A DNA stretch of 63,543 nt, filler included, from Nemertoderma westbladi (lineage: Eukaryota > Animalia > Xenacoelomorpha), in assembly GCA_032718475.1 (NCBI GenBank). It is 3 parts of 3 records of this genome, joined end to end, with 100 filler letters (N's around TTAATTAATTAA, not from the genome) between each part and the next. Parts side by side here need not be neighbours in the genome. Positions count along the whole stretch, not along the records: positions 1 to 18,448 come from JAUCBJ010003658.1; 2 more parts are not named here. One strand, given 5' to 3'. The notes beneath the pieces are model-generated. The model was not told where the DNA came from. It worked only from the letters and a program-made list of their open reading frames with translations, and did no database searches. Positions 1-13,270 of this stretch are shown piece after piece. Every line of letters begins with the position of its first letter. Position 1 is the first letter of the stretch. The position numbers and the translations under genes are program-made.

Positions 1-42
1 CACAAGTTCTATCTGCTCTATGGTATACTTTGATGCTTGCAT
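1..42 (-). CDS. Probable 5' end of an HMBOX1/HNF1-class homeobox gene (runs off the window)
   Basis: Reverse complement of 1-42 reads MQASKYTIEQIELV, resembling the HMBOX1 N-terminal (F/Y)TIEQI(D/E)L motif. A candidate acceptor (ttacag on -) lies at ~151-156. Only 14 codons are visible. Confidence 0.45.
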   Translation of the reverse strand, partial: MQASKYTIEQIELV

Positions 43-2940
43 TATAATTTATTGCAAAGAAGATGGTGACGTTAAACTACCCAAATTAATTCATAAGATA
101 TTCAATGATATAAATATATCAGTCATGAATGTTAATGATACTAAAAGTCACTGTAATTAAATATATTAATTATTATATGTATTGAGCAAATTTGTAAATA
201 AAATTTATTATTAAGTTATAAGCACCCCCCCCCCCCTTTTTTTTTTCACACGGGTTGATTGGGAATTCAAATTTAATAAACTTAAATGGCATCAATAGAC
301 TATTTATATTCAGACATAATTTTCATACACAAGATATCAAGTTTCAAAGATAAGTTAAGTATGTTGCGGAATGGTAAGGGGTATGTGTTGTCATCTCGTC
401 TCAATGTTAAATTATCAATTAAACGAAAGGAGCAGGTTACAGTGGCAAGTTATTCTCAAAACAATAAAGGGAACCCAATATATCGGGTTACAGTTTAATT
501 TTTGTTTTTTATCAGATGTTATTTGCCGATCTTCCCCTGCATAAGGTTAAAATTTGATTCGGTGAGAAGTGCCTCCAATATATTATCTAACTAAATTTAA
601 TATTTAATTATAATTAAATAAAATTTATTATCTAAATTTTAAATTTGTTCTTTGTATTTCTACGAAGTCTATCCGTAAATCCGCCCCATGTAAACAATAT
701 TTATTTTATAAATAATATTATTTTATGTCACTGTACAGTACACCTAGTTCTCTAACTTAAAGGGTGAATCACCTGGCTTAAAAACTTCAGTTAATTACAA
801 AACCTAAAAATAATTAACTAACTTAAACTATACTGAATGAAAAGAACATTGTTGAGAGATTCAAAAAAATAACTAATTAACTAATAAAAACTGTAGGAAG
901 TAGGGCGAGTCAAAACTGCGAGCCATTAGCTAAAGATAATAACTATCAACTAGGGATGGTTTACAAAAATGGGGGGGTTGCTGTATGAAGGCCCACTCGT
1001 GTTAGATACACTACACACCCATCTAATAATTATTATTCAGTAACATTCTAATATTCCATGTATAAATAACTGCACGCTGCACTACTTCGTTTCGTACACA
1101 TTCTATAGCATTAGTTTACTGTAAAAGCCTACACACAATATGATTCCCCGAATCCGATCTCACTGATTGATTATCACTGATTATTCCGGTTCACAACGAC
1201 TACAGTAGGTGCCTTTTTTTAGTCGCAAAAAATATATACCGTTAATAATTTTACTTCACTGATTTTTAACTAATACTAATTAGTACTAGCTTTAACTAAT
1301 AATATTAAAACTAATAATATAATTACTTTTAATATACTAATTAATTATTATTAACGCGTTTAGTACAAGCGTTTGGAAACACTCCAGTATACAATAAAAT
1401 TGTATTTGGTAATAAATAATAATATAATATAATGCCTTAAAATAAAATGAATGAACTATTTAATTAATAATTTTAATATTAATCGTACTTAATATTATTA
1501 TATTATATATAGCTAGCTATATTAAATAAATATCACCATTGAAACGATATCAAATTAAATGAACCAATTAATAATTATTATGGCTAATATAAATAGTGTT
1601 TACAGAGAACACTGGAATTATAAGCAGAGCAGTAATATTTAATCAGAATAACTGTGTCAGCGCTGTTCGAATTACTAATATAAGTAGCCAGTCCAGTTTA
1701 GCTGCACTTGTAATAAATTTAGCTCACTTATTATGATAATAGACGATACAGCTACTCGCCACCCGATGGCGCTTGTAACATGATTCGCCCTCCAGCGACC
1801 ATTGCAGAATAAACTAGAATATATGTTATTTTTTAAGCGAGCGCTTGAAGGCGTAGTTTTATCTAATACTACACATGGTGCGTCATGGGAAGGAGTCCAG
1901 TACAGTACCCTGTTATGGGAACGGGTGAGTTGGCAGGTTGGCTGGTTGGTTGGTATATGGTATGGTACGGTATGGCACGACAGCATGAAGTTAAGTGAAG
2001 TATGGCAGTATGGTAGTGTGTAGTGGTGGGTGGTGTGGGCGTCAGCCTGTCAGCGTGTGACGTAGGCCACGGTCAGACGGTGTGACACTTCTGCACTTAC
2101 AGACTTACTGCTGTACTGAGCTGTGATCGGACTGTCAAAGGTGAATCTGTGAATGGCAGGATGTTCAAGTTCAGCAGTTCAGTTTCAATGCATTCCTGAT
2201 CCTGTGATCTGACTGCTGACTGCCCGAGTCACTGGCAGTGGCAGACTGGACTGGAGTCTGATTAGCAGATTAGCCTAGCTAGGGCAGGCTGGCAGGAGGT
2301 TTTTGTGCAGACTGAAGAGTGCATTCCAGCATTCTGGCATTGCATGAGCTGCGAAGCTCAACAGCTATTGACATTGTAGCGGTGCATTTTTCGGTGCGGT
2401 TGCATTTGCTTACAATTAATTATATTTGTAGGCCTAGGCTATAGGCCTACAAGTCAGCAAGTGTATTGTACCTAAACAACCAGACTACACTGACACTGGT
2501 ATAGCTGTATACTGGTATACTGGTATAGGGCTATAGGCCTACACGTTTTGCATGTGTTTCTCACTCGTTTGTCAGTTTGTACTATTTTTGCACTCTTTTG
2601 TACTATTTTTGCACTTTATTGTACCGGTACTCTTTTGTGTTTTTTGTACCTACTTTTTTGTATAAATTCGTTGGACCGGCTTAGCACTTTTATAAATCTA
2701 CAGCACAGGCCTAGTCCCAAGTCCAATGCTTCAATGTTATCTACAAATCTAATTGTCTATCTATATTCCGTACTGTATCGTAATATCGTATTCGTTTCGT
2801 ATCGTAAATAATTAATTTCTTACACAATTCTATAATTGATCCTTATAAATTTGACGATATTCCTCCCGACCTTTACCTTCACCCGAGCTTCACCCTGCAG
2901 TCCACAGTCCAGCACTCTGTATCCGAAATTCCCCGTTTTC

Positions 2941-3697
2941 ATGTCGAGTCACATCCCAAAGGATTTGAGCAAGTCGCCTTCACCAAAACGACGTCGAACA
3001 AACGATACCAAGGCTATGACAACGAACCTAAGCAACGGAACCGAACTCCATAGCAACGGGGCGACCTCCGCTACCATGGAGATTGACGACGGCCAATATT
3101 CCCGACAGTATTACGTACTGGGGCAGGACGCGATGCGACGTATGGCAGCGTCTGATATCCTCATATCGGGAATGCGAGGCCTCGGGGTAGAGATAGCTAA
3201 GAACGTAGTTCTCGCGGGTTTTAAATCCGTTACAATCCACGATTCTTGTAACGCGACTATTAGCGATCTATCCTCGCAGTATTACCTCTCGGAGAGCGAC
3301 GTAGGTAAGAATCGCGCTGTTGTTTCAGCGAGTAAACTAGCGGAGTTGAACTCCTACGTTACAGTAAGCGCTCACACAGAGGCACTTACCGAACAGTATA
3401 TAAAGAAATTCCATGTTGTTGTTCTTACGGATGCGCCTCTAGCAGAGGCTAAGCGTTTCGGGGATGTCTGCCACTCTGAAGGTATTTACTTCCTGATGGC
3501 CAACACTCAGGGGGTCTTCGGTGAGGTTTTCTGCGATTTCGGCGAGGGTTTCGTGGTGAGGGACACGAACGGCGAGGAGGCCGTGACCTCAATGGTCGCC
3601 TCGGTGACGAGGGAGGAGGAGGGCTTGGTTACTGTGGTGGACGAGGGCAGACACGGGCTGGAAGATGGAGATTACGTCACGTTTAAGGAAGTCAAAG
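2941..3697 (+). CDS. UBA1: Ubiquitin-activating enzyme E1, exon 1
   Basis: IDDGQYSRQYYVLG, GLGVEIAKNVVLAG, RHGLEDGDYVTF. Donor G|GTAAAC at 3697/3698 (phase 1). The upstream TTG start in the ORF track is unlikely; ATG is at 2941. Confidence 0.95.
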
Positions 3698-3995
3698 GTA
3701 AACTATGTATAATATTAATAATATCGGTTATTATTATTCGACTACTATAACATGTTGATGTAGTAATACATAAAAAATGTATATTTATTACCGAGAAGAG
3801 TTAATTAATAAATAATTAATGTTTAAAGACATTACGGTAATATTTATTAAAAAAATTAATCAATTTCAATGTCACACTAAAGTGTGATTAGATATTATAA
3901 TATTAAGCTTTTTTTCAGAAATGGAAAAATATCAGAAAGCACGTCACCGGGGGTTGAACCAGCGCTATACGTACGTTTCGGTTTCGGCCAATCAG

Positions 3996-4125
3996 CTGTA
4001 TCAGATACTGGTGTATCTAAAACCTAAACCTTTATCAGATACTGGTGTATCTAAAACCTAAACCTGTATCAGATACTGGTGTATCTAAAACCTAAACCTG
4101 TATCAGATATAACCTAAACCTGTTT
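3996..4125. repeat. Short tandem repeat, ~34-bp unit, 3-4 copies
   Basis: Repeated tatcagatactggtgtatctaaaacctaaacct(g/t). Confidence 0.8.
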
Positions 4126-4234
4126 AAATGCCAATACTATATGTGTACCGGTACAGTTGAGTAACGAGAAAGCGCTAATCGGTACAAAATAGTACAATGT
4201 GGGGCGCCCGCGCCACCCTCAGTGTTAGTATGTG

Positions 4235-5310
4235 TATCGCCTCAATGGTTGGAAGGCCCACTTTGAAAAGCTCCTCAATAATGACAGGGTATTGCCTGAT
4301 AACTTTAAAGAAGTAAAAGTGTCTGAGTCTGTACTCCCAGATATACCATTTGAAGTGTTATGGGGCGTCCTCCAGGGAGACACACTTGCACCATTCTTGT
4401 TCATAATTGTTGTTTACTACGTTCTACGCATGTCCTTAGATCATCATAATGATGATGGGGTGATGATAACTCCACCTACTGGCTCCAGAAGTCCAGGAAA
4501 TCTTGCCAAGTAGGCCTACCTAACTGATCTAGACTTTGCTGTTGGCTTAGGAGTACTCTCAGAAACACTAGAGGGAGCCCAACGGCTCCTCAGCACATTA
4601 GAACATGCTGCTTCTAATGTTGGTCTTTTTATTAACTCCAGAAAGACCAAAATTTTGACAGTTAACTTTGAAAGTCCTCAGCAAGTCTCTTATCGGATGA
4701 GCATAAGCTCAAAAGATGGTATGCTTGAGCATGTGGATGACTTCTGTTACCTGGGATCATGGATCCGGAAGTCAGGTGAGGACCTTCGAATACGCAAGGG
4801 AAAGGCATGGGCATCCTTGAATAGGCTTTCCAGGATTTGGAAATCACCGAGAATTAATCGGAAACTTAAGGTCCGATTATTTAGAGCAGCAGTAGTTCCA
4901 AGAATTAAGTTTAATTAATTGTAATTCACAAGAATGCTACGCCGGGTTCATTGTGTCAAGTACAATGCACACATCTCCAACCAGACACTATATAACATTG
5001 GAGGTGTCTCATTGGTTCCCCCAAGCTTGACACTAGAACAAAATCGCCTCAGCTTTGCAGGACATTGCTTTCGCCGTAAGGACCTGCCAGTGCATAATCT
5101 TGTACTTTGGCAGCCTCATGGAGTGAATAAGCATGGTGGACAGCCCATGACTTTCTTGAGACGCATCTTAAAGGACACTGGCCTTGAAGATGCGGATGAT
5201 CTAGCAAATGCCATGGGTGATAGGGAGTTGTGGCGGCGCAATTTTGTCGACAAGCCGGCACAGCATTCTTAAAAATGCAGCTGCAATGCAGCATGCCGAT
5301 CATAGTAGTA
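4235..5310 (+). mobile_element. 5'-truncated, degraded RTE-like LINE in UBA1 intron 1
   Basis: RT motifs GVLQGDTLAPFLFII, LTDLDFA and FCYLGS with stops and frameshifts; (TAG)n tail; 11-bp TSD GTTAGTATGTG at 4224-4234 and 5311-5321. Confidence 0.85.
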
Positions 5311-5797
5311 GTTAGTATGTGGGGCGAGCCATGAAGTAGGCGAATCGTTTAGAAACAGAGGGTGTTTAAAGGATTTATATACCGGTAGTCAATAATTACA
5401 AATTATTGTTCATTTGACGAGATCAGTAAATCAGTTCAACAGACTTCCTACCAGTTTATCGTACTACTTTCCGTGGTTAGCGAGCGACGAACTGTAGGTT
5501 TTAATAGCTAGTCGGGTATCAGTCAGACATGTGGACCTTCCACTGATAGAAGAGAAGACCCGGACCGTAACTGGATGGGTGTAAATATTCACATAAAATA
5601 ATTTATTCGATTTTAAATATTAATGAAAAAAAAACCTTTGTAACGAACACGACCGTTACAAGTACGCACCGAATCGTTACGAACCCGTGTCGGATATTTT
5701 GTATTTGTCTGATTTCTGAATAATCTGTTAAATTTCGGTAAATTCTAAAGGCACTTATTTTTCCAACATTAAAATTAATCACTTATCACTAAAATTA

Positions 5798-8083
5798 AGG
5801 GGGAAAGGAGCAGGTTACAGAGGTGAGCTTTTATAATTATAACCAAAACAAACAATATCGTTACCAATTGGGGAAAAGGAACAGGTTATAGACGTGAGTT
5901 TTTATATCAAAAACAATAAACAATGTTATTGCCAATTGGGGAAGGGAGCAGGTTACAGAGGTGAGCTTTTATAACCAAAACAATAAACAATGTTATTGCC
6001 AATTGGGGGAAAGGAGCAGGTTTCAGAGGTGAGCTTTTATAACCAAAACAATAAACAATGTCATTGCCAATTGGGGGAAAGGAGCAGTTTACAGAGGTGA
6101 GCTTTTATATCCAAAACAATAAACAATGTTGTCGCCAATTGGGGGAAAGGAGCAGGTTACAGAGGTGAGCTTTTATAACCAAAACAATAAACAATGTTGT
6201 TACCAATTGGGGGAAAGGAGCAGGTTACAGAGGTGAGATTTTATAACCAAAACAATAAACAATGTTATTGCCAATTGGGGGAAAGGAGCAGGTTACAGAG
6301 GTGATCTTTTATGACCAAAACAATAAACAATGTTGTCGTCAATTGAGGGAAACGAGTAGGTTACAGAGGTGAGCTTTTATAACCAAAACAATAAACAATG
6401 TTATTGCCAATTGGGGGAAAGGAGCAGGTTACAGAGGTGAGCTTTTATAACCAAAACAATAAACAATGCTATTGTCAATTGGGGGAAAGGAGCAGGTTAC
6501 AGAGGTGAGATTTTTTAACCAAAACAATAAACAATGTGGTTAACAATTGGGGGAAAGGAGCAGGTTACAGAGGTGAGATTTTATAACCAAAACAATAAAC
6601 AATGTTGTTACCAATTTGGGGAAAGGAGCAGGTTACAGATGTGAGCTTTTATAACCAAAACAATAAACAATGTTGTCGCCAAGTGGGGGAAAGGAGCAGG
6701 TTACAGTGGTGAGCTTTTATAACCAAAACAATAAACAATGTTATTGCCCATTGGGGGAAAGGAGCAGTTTACAGAGGTGAGATTTTATAACCAAAGCAAT
6801 AAACAATGTTGTTACCAATTGGGGGAAAGGAGCAGGTTACAGAGGTGAGCTTTTATAACCAAAACAATAAACAATACTATTGCCAATTGGGGGAAAGGAG
6901 CAGGTTACAGAGGTGAGATTTTATAACCAAAACAATAAACAATGTTGTTACCAATTGAGGGAAAGGAGCAGGTTACAGAGGTGAGCTTTTATAACCAAAA
7001 CAATAAACAATGTTGTCGCCAATTGGGGGAAAGGAGCAGGTTACAGAGGTGCGCTTTTATAACCAAAACAATAAACAATGTTATTGCCCATTGGGGGAAA
7101 GGAGCAGGTTACAGAGGTGAGATTTTATAACCAAAACAATAAACAATGTTGTTACCAATTGGGGGAAAGGAGTAGGTTACAGAGGTGATCTTTTATAACC
7201 AAAACAATAAACAATGTTATTGCCAATTGGGGGAAAGGAGCAGGTTACAGAGGTGAGCTTTTATAACCAAAACAATAAACAATGCTATTGTCAATTGGGG
7301 GAAAGGAGCAGGTTACAGAGGTGAGATTTTATAACCAAAACAATAAACAATGTTGTCGCCAATTGGGTTAAGGAGCATGTTACAGAGGTGAGCTTTTATA
7401 ACCAAAACAATAAACAATGTTATTGCCAATTGGGGGAAAGGAACAGGTTACAGAGGTGAGCTTTTTTATCCAAAACAATAAACAATGTTGTCGCCAATTG
7501 GGGGAAAGGAGCAGGTTACAGAGGTGAGCTTTTATAACCAAAACAAACAATGTTATTGCCAATTGGGGGAAAGGAACAGGTTACAGAGGTGAGCTTTTAT
7601 ATCCAAAACAATAAACAATGTTGTCGCCAATTGGGGGAAAGGAGCAGGTTAAAGAGGTGAGCTTTTATAACCAAAACAATAAACAATGTTATTGCCAATT
7701 GGGGGAAAGGAACAGGTTACAGAGGTGAGCTTTTATATCCAAAACAATAAACAATGTTGACGCCAATTGGGGGAATGGAGCAGGTTACAGAGGTGAGCTT
7801 TTATAACCAAAACAATAAACAATGTTATTGCCAATTGGGGGAAAGGAACACGTTACAGAGGTGAGCTTTTATATCCAAAACAATAAACAATGTTGTCGCC
7901 AATTGGGGGAATGGAGCAGGTTACAGAGGTGAGCTTTTATAACCAAAACAATAAACAATGTTATTGCCCATTGGGGGAAAGGAGTAGGTTACAGAGGTGA
8001 TCTTTTATAACCAAAACAATAAACAATGTTATTGCCAATTGGGGGAAAGGAGCAGGTTACAGAGGTGAGCTTTTATAACCAAC
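5798..8083. repeat. 68-bp tandem satellite, about 33 copies
   Basis: Unit ttttataaccaaaacaataaacaatgttattgccaattgggggaaaggagcaggttacagaggtgagc. Period of 68 measured between 5946 and 6014. Confidence 0.97.
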
Positions 8084-8291
8084 AAAATTTGTACCGGTTC
8101 TTCTAATCCCAATGCCAATAAAAAATAGTTATGAATGATTCAATTTAGTGATCAAAAAATTTAATTGTGAATTCAAAATTGGTGCAACGCGGGGCGTCAC
8201 TTCTACACCCACGGTTGAATATTCTCACTACCCAATTATACTTCCGAAGTTTTCATGTAATAAACTAAAACATTCCTTATTTATTTTCAAG

Positions 8292-9105
8292 GTATGATTG
8301 AGTTAAACAATTGTGCGGCGCGTAAGGTGGTTGTCAAGGGCCCGTATACTTTCACTATCGGCGACACAACCAAGCTCGCCCAATACCTCGGCGGCGGCGT
8401 TTCTCTACAAGTGAAACAACCCAAAAAACTCAACTTCAAATCGATCAGCCAATCGATATCGGACCCCGAGTACCTCGTCACTGATTGGTCCAAATTCGAC
8501 CGACCGCCAGCACTCCACGCGGCGTTCCAGGCGTTGGACTCGTTCCAAGCGCGGAACGGCCGACTTCCGGAACCGTGGAACCCCGTCGACGCGGAGGAAG
8601 TCGTCGCCTTCGCGAAGTCGCTGTACCCGGAGGCGGACGCTGGGTTGGTCGCCTCCCTAAGTCACACCGCCCGGGGGGATCTCCCCCCCGTACAGGGCGT
8701 CCTGGGGGGCATAGTGGCCCAGGAGGTGATGAAGGCCTGTAGCGGTAAGTTCCACCCGATCCACCAATGGCTTTACTTCGACGCGACCGAGACGCTGCCG
8801 GAAGCGGCTCCCGTCGACGCGACGCCGCTCGGGTCTCGGTACGACGGCCAACTAGTTGTGTTCGGCCGCGCGGCCCTCGAGAGACTCCAGTCGCGGCGGT
8901 GTTTTGTCGTCGGCGCCGGGGCCATCGGGTGCGAACACCTTAAACACTTTGCCCTGATGGGCGTCGGGCGACGGAGCCTCAAGGGGAAGCTGGTCCTCAC
9001 CGACATGGATATCATCGAGAGATCCAATCTGAACCGACAGTTCCTATTCCGCTCGTCCGATATCGGCTCCCTAAAGTCAACCTGCGCAGCTAACGCCGCA
9101 CGCAG
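8292..9105 (+). CDS. UBA1: UBA1 exon 2
   Basis: Acceptor ttttcaag|GT restores EVKGMIELN. Contains AQEVMKACSGKF, VGAGAIGCE and DMDIIERSNLNRQFLFR. Donor AG|GTAGG at 9105/9106. Confidence 0.95.
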
Positions 9106-9792
9106 GTAGGCTCATAGAGGTTTTATATAATTTTTATTTAATATTAATACAAAATATTTTTAAATAAATTGTAACTAGTTATTATGATTTGCGGGGATTG
9201 TTACTTTGGAGACCGCTGTTTCAGCAGTTTCTAATTGTCATTCTAGTCTACAGCTGCGTACCGGTACCTACTGCTGACTTAAGGATTTGTTTTGGTTATA
9301 GAGTGACTACTGACTTTTTGACCATATGGTTTCCCTCAATTGGTAAAGTGATCGTTTATTGTTTTGTTAGAAAAACCTGCCTCTGTAACCTGCTCCTTTC
9401 CCTCGATTGGTAAAGTGGCCGTTTATTGTTTTAGCTAGTATAGAAGTATACCGGTATATATAAAAGACGAACCCCAGAGTAATTATACCCCGATTTTATC
9501 TTGTTGCCAATTTTGGACGTAATAAATAGAATATATAATATTTTTCAGATTTCCGGGTTTATTTTTTATTGAAAATAATTTTATGTTCGAACTAATTAAT
9601 ATTTTTTTTTTGGGAACAGTAATAATATTTCGAAATCATATTGATGTAGATAACAGTACAAGTAATAAGAAATACTAAATTACAAAATTACAAAATACAT
9701 TTTTACTGAGATGTAAACTTATGAAACGTTATTGAAAATTTACAAACAACAGCAAAAATATTGCAAAGTTTAAATGTGTGTACAGTACATAA

Positions 9793-10028
9793 AGCCCCGT
9801 TCACATCCAACGGTGTGTGAGCGGTAAAGTAGTCTGGCGGTATTGAAGCGGTAAGCCAGCAGTACACTACCCGGAACCCGTTCACACCCAACGGTACCGT
9901 TGCGGTAACTGATTGTCTTTCTGTGGACTGTGAATTCAACACTTGTTGGGTCGTTCACAGTCAGCGGTGTACCGCTGGCCCTGCGGTACACCGCGCGGTG
10001 TACCGTTCCGTTGGATGTGAACGGGCCT
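9793..10028. mobile_element. PIF/Harbinger-type MITE
   Basis: TIRs AGCCCCGTTCACATCCAACGG / CCGTTGGATGTGAACGGGCCT with TAA on both flanks. Confidence 0.8.
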
Positions 10029-11684
10029 TAAGGCAGGGAAGCACCATCCACCACACCAGCACATCGCCATACAGAGCGAGAGGACCTAAAGCAGGCACAA
10101 GTTGCCCTTAAAGTGGCAAAAGATAGCTAATTAATAATTGGTTTGTGTTCTATTGGATTATCCTGTTTGGTTTTTGGGCCTCCATAATCAGGCGGGTTAG
10201 TAAAGGAGCAGGTTACAGAGGCGGGTTGTTGTAAGGAACCAAAACAATAAACGTGAGTTATGAATGTTGTAGAATAGGAAACCAAATTTACAGTCAGTGA
10301 GTATAGGCCTACCGGAACTATTAAAACATCTTCCATATCGTAGTTAATATCAATTAGATGGTGTCCATTTGCGGGGGGGGGGGGGGGGGGGGGGGAGCTG
10401 CCGGGGGCCCTCAAGTTGGGAGAAATTAACGAACATTAATTATTAATTAATTACCAAACATTAATCTGCCTGATGCCCAGACATCCAGACTATCGACTCG
10501 GTTAAACTATGCAGATAGCCAGCCAGGGTGAAGATAATCAACTCACCTTCACAAATAATAGGGTGAAGGTATATTGGGTGTTTGGCTTGGCTCGTTGCAT
10601 CTGTCTGGTGTAGCCCGGTGGGGGTGAAGTGCTGACCGAAAGGGCCTTCCATTCAATTCTAACAATGATATATAGTGCATTGGATTCATTGGTACGTTAC
10701 TTATGAGTGTATTCATTGCTCATAATCGTATCGTATAATTATTGTACTGTTAATAATATGTCAATTATTTTATTTTATTGACTTATGTTAATCACTTACT
10801 ACGACAGTTTTTTTATATTTTGTCACTTTCTTTTTGTAGAATATATAATTACATAAAATCCCGCCGGGATATACAACATACAGTGTCCCAAAGAATGTTT
10901 AAAGTGTAAATTTTCCTTCTTTTGAGAGTTATTTTGAAATATATCTCTTATTTACGTTTAAACTGTTTACCCTATGACCGGAACCAGAGAAATGTTCATT
11001 ATGTGTGACCACATGTATCAATTACTGTAGATTTATCTGAAATCATTCACAAGTTCTGTAGTCACAAAGGCTAGGAAAATTCCCTTTTCAGGCCTAATTG
11101 TTATGTCTAATTGATTTACCAATATATTTTTCAACTTTATATCACAATCACATTCCCACTTTATTTCCCAGTTTTATGTCACTACGCAACCCGTGAACGA
11201 TGACAGTATTTCAGTTGTACCTAAATATAGAAATGACGTCTTTTGTATGGTGAAATTTTGGGAGAAATAGGAAAATCTGAAAAAATGGACTTGGGGCCAA
11301 CCTTTATACCTTTATACTACCACTGATCTGACAACTTTCCGCAGCCTTCTAAAAACCGAAATCTTTAATAGGGCTTTTCAAAACCAAACTAAACTTTCGG
11401 ACACAATCTTTTGGAATTTAACAGCGCTTTAGAACCGATACATGGGATTAAGCGCGCTATAAGTGAATGATTTATTATTATTATTATTATTATATTTATG
11501 TGCTTGAAAGCAACAATATAGATTGCCGTAAAAATATTAATAATTATTACTTTTTACCAACGGGGTCCAAGTTTTTTTGGCCATTGGTTTTCGGGTTGGG
11601 GGTTGGTGGGGGTGGTACCGGGCCATAAGTTAGAACTGCCGGGGGGCCGAAAATCCATAATCCGTCCCTGTATCTTTGTTACAG

Positions 11685-13254
11685 GATGAACACAGAGATC
11701 GATATTACGGCGCATGAGAATCGGGTTGGCCCGGAAACGGAGGACGTTTACACCGACGACTTCTTCGAGGATATCGACCTCGTCGCCAACGCGTTGGACA
11801 ACGTCGACGCGCGGATGTACATGGACCGACGGTGCGTCTACTACGGGAAACCATTACTGGAGTGCGGCACCTTGGGGACCAAGGGCAACGTCCAGGTTGT
11901 CCTCCCGGAGGTCACGGAGTCCTACGGATCCAGCTACGATCCACCCGAGAAGTCCATCCCGATCTGCACGCTGAAGAACTTCCCCAACGCGATCGAGCAC
12001 ACGTTGCAATGGGCGCGCGACACGTTCGAGGGATTGTTCGTGCAGACGCCGGAGTACGCCGAGGATTATCTGCGAGACCCGCGAGCATTCCTCGAGAGAA
12101 CTGTAAAGTTACCGGGTTCCGATCCCGTTGATATTCTAGAACGAGTTCGCGAGTTTCTTTTCGTCGATCGTCCTAAGGATTTCTCCGATTGTATCGCGTG
12201 GTCGCGTCGTTTATTCGAGAGCTACTTCGTCAACCAGATTAAACAGCTCCTCCATAACTTCCCCCCTGACCAGACGACGTCGAGCGGGGCCCCGTTCTGG
12301 TCCGGCCCCAAGCGCTGCCCCCATCCGGTGCGGTTCGCCCCCGCGGCCAACCGGTACCACCTGGACTTCGTGGCCGCGGGCGCCGGCGTCCTGGCGGACG
12401 TGTTCGGAATCCCGCGAGCCGGGCGGCCCGACGCGGCGGCCGTGAGGGACGCGGCGCTGCGACAGCCAGTCGAGGACTTTCGGCCCCGGACCGGCGTGCG
12501 GATCGCGGTCACTGAGGCGGAGGAGGCCGAAGCCGCCGGTGCCGGGGACGCCGACAAGGTGGACAACCTCGTCGCGGAACTAACCGAACGGATCAAAATC
12601 CTCAACGTCGGAGGATTGAAACTCCGACCCGCTGTCTTCGAGAAAGACGACGACTCCAACTTCCATATGGATTTCATTACGGCAGCTTCGAATCTCCGCG
12701 CGGAGAACTACGATATCGCCCCAGCGGATCGCTTACAGAGTAAACTGATCGCGGGGAAGATCATCCCGGCGATCGCGACGACAACCGCGTTGGTCAGCGG
12801 TCTAGTCTGCATCGAGTTGTATAAGATAGGGATGGGCCGCGGATCGCTTATAAACTCGCGGAACTCCTTTCTCAATCTCGCTCTGCCTTACATCGACTTC
12901 TCGGAGCCGCAACGCTGCGAGACTAAAAGATACGGGGATACCGATTGGTCGTTATGGAGTCGTTTCGATGTGCGTGGTGACGTCACTCTACGGGAGTTTC
13001 TTAATTACTTTAAGGAGAAATACAATCTCGAGATCACTATGATCAGCCACGGCGTCGTCATGCTCTATGCTTTCTTCCAGAGCGCCGCCGCAGTCAAGGA
13101 GAAGATGGGTATGAAGATGAGTGCGATAGTCGAGCGTGTTAGTAAGAAGGCGATCGCGCAGCACGTTAAAGCGCTCGTTCTAGAGATTGTGTGTAACGAT
13201 AGCGACGGGGAAGATGTCGAGGTCCCCTACATCAAGTATATCCTACCCAAGTAG
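11685..13254 (+). CDS. UBA1: UBA1 exon 3 (catalytic Cys domain and ubiquitin-fold domain)
   Basis: Acceptor ttgttacag|G. Contains NALDNVDAR, SIPICTLKNFP (catalytic Cys), FEKDDDSNFH, IAGKIIPAIATTT and EDVEVPYIKY. Spliced CDS is 757+814+1570=3141 nt, or 1046 aa. Confidence 0.97.
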
Positions 13255-13270
13255 ATATCGGGTGTATAGA

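Noticed and set aside
5798-8083. CRISPR-like array
   Set aside because: Units are contiguous with only point variants. There are no unique spacers and no cas genes, and the array sits in a eukaryotic intron.
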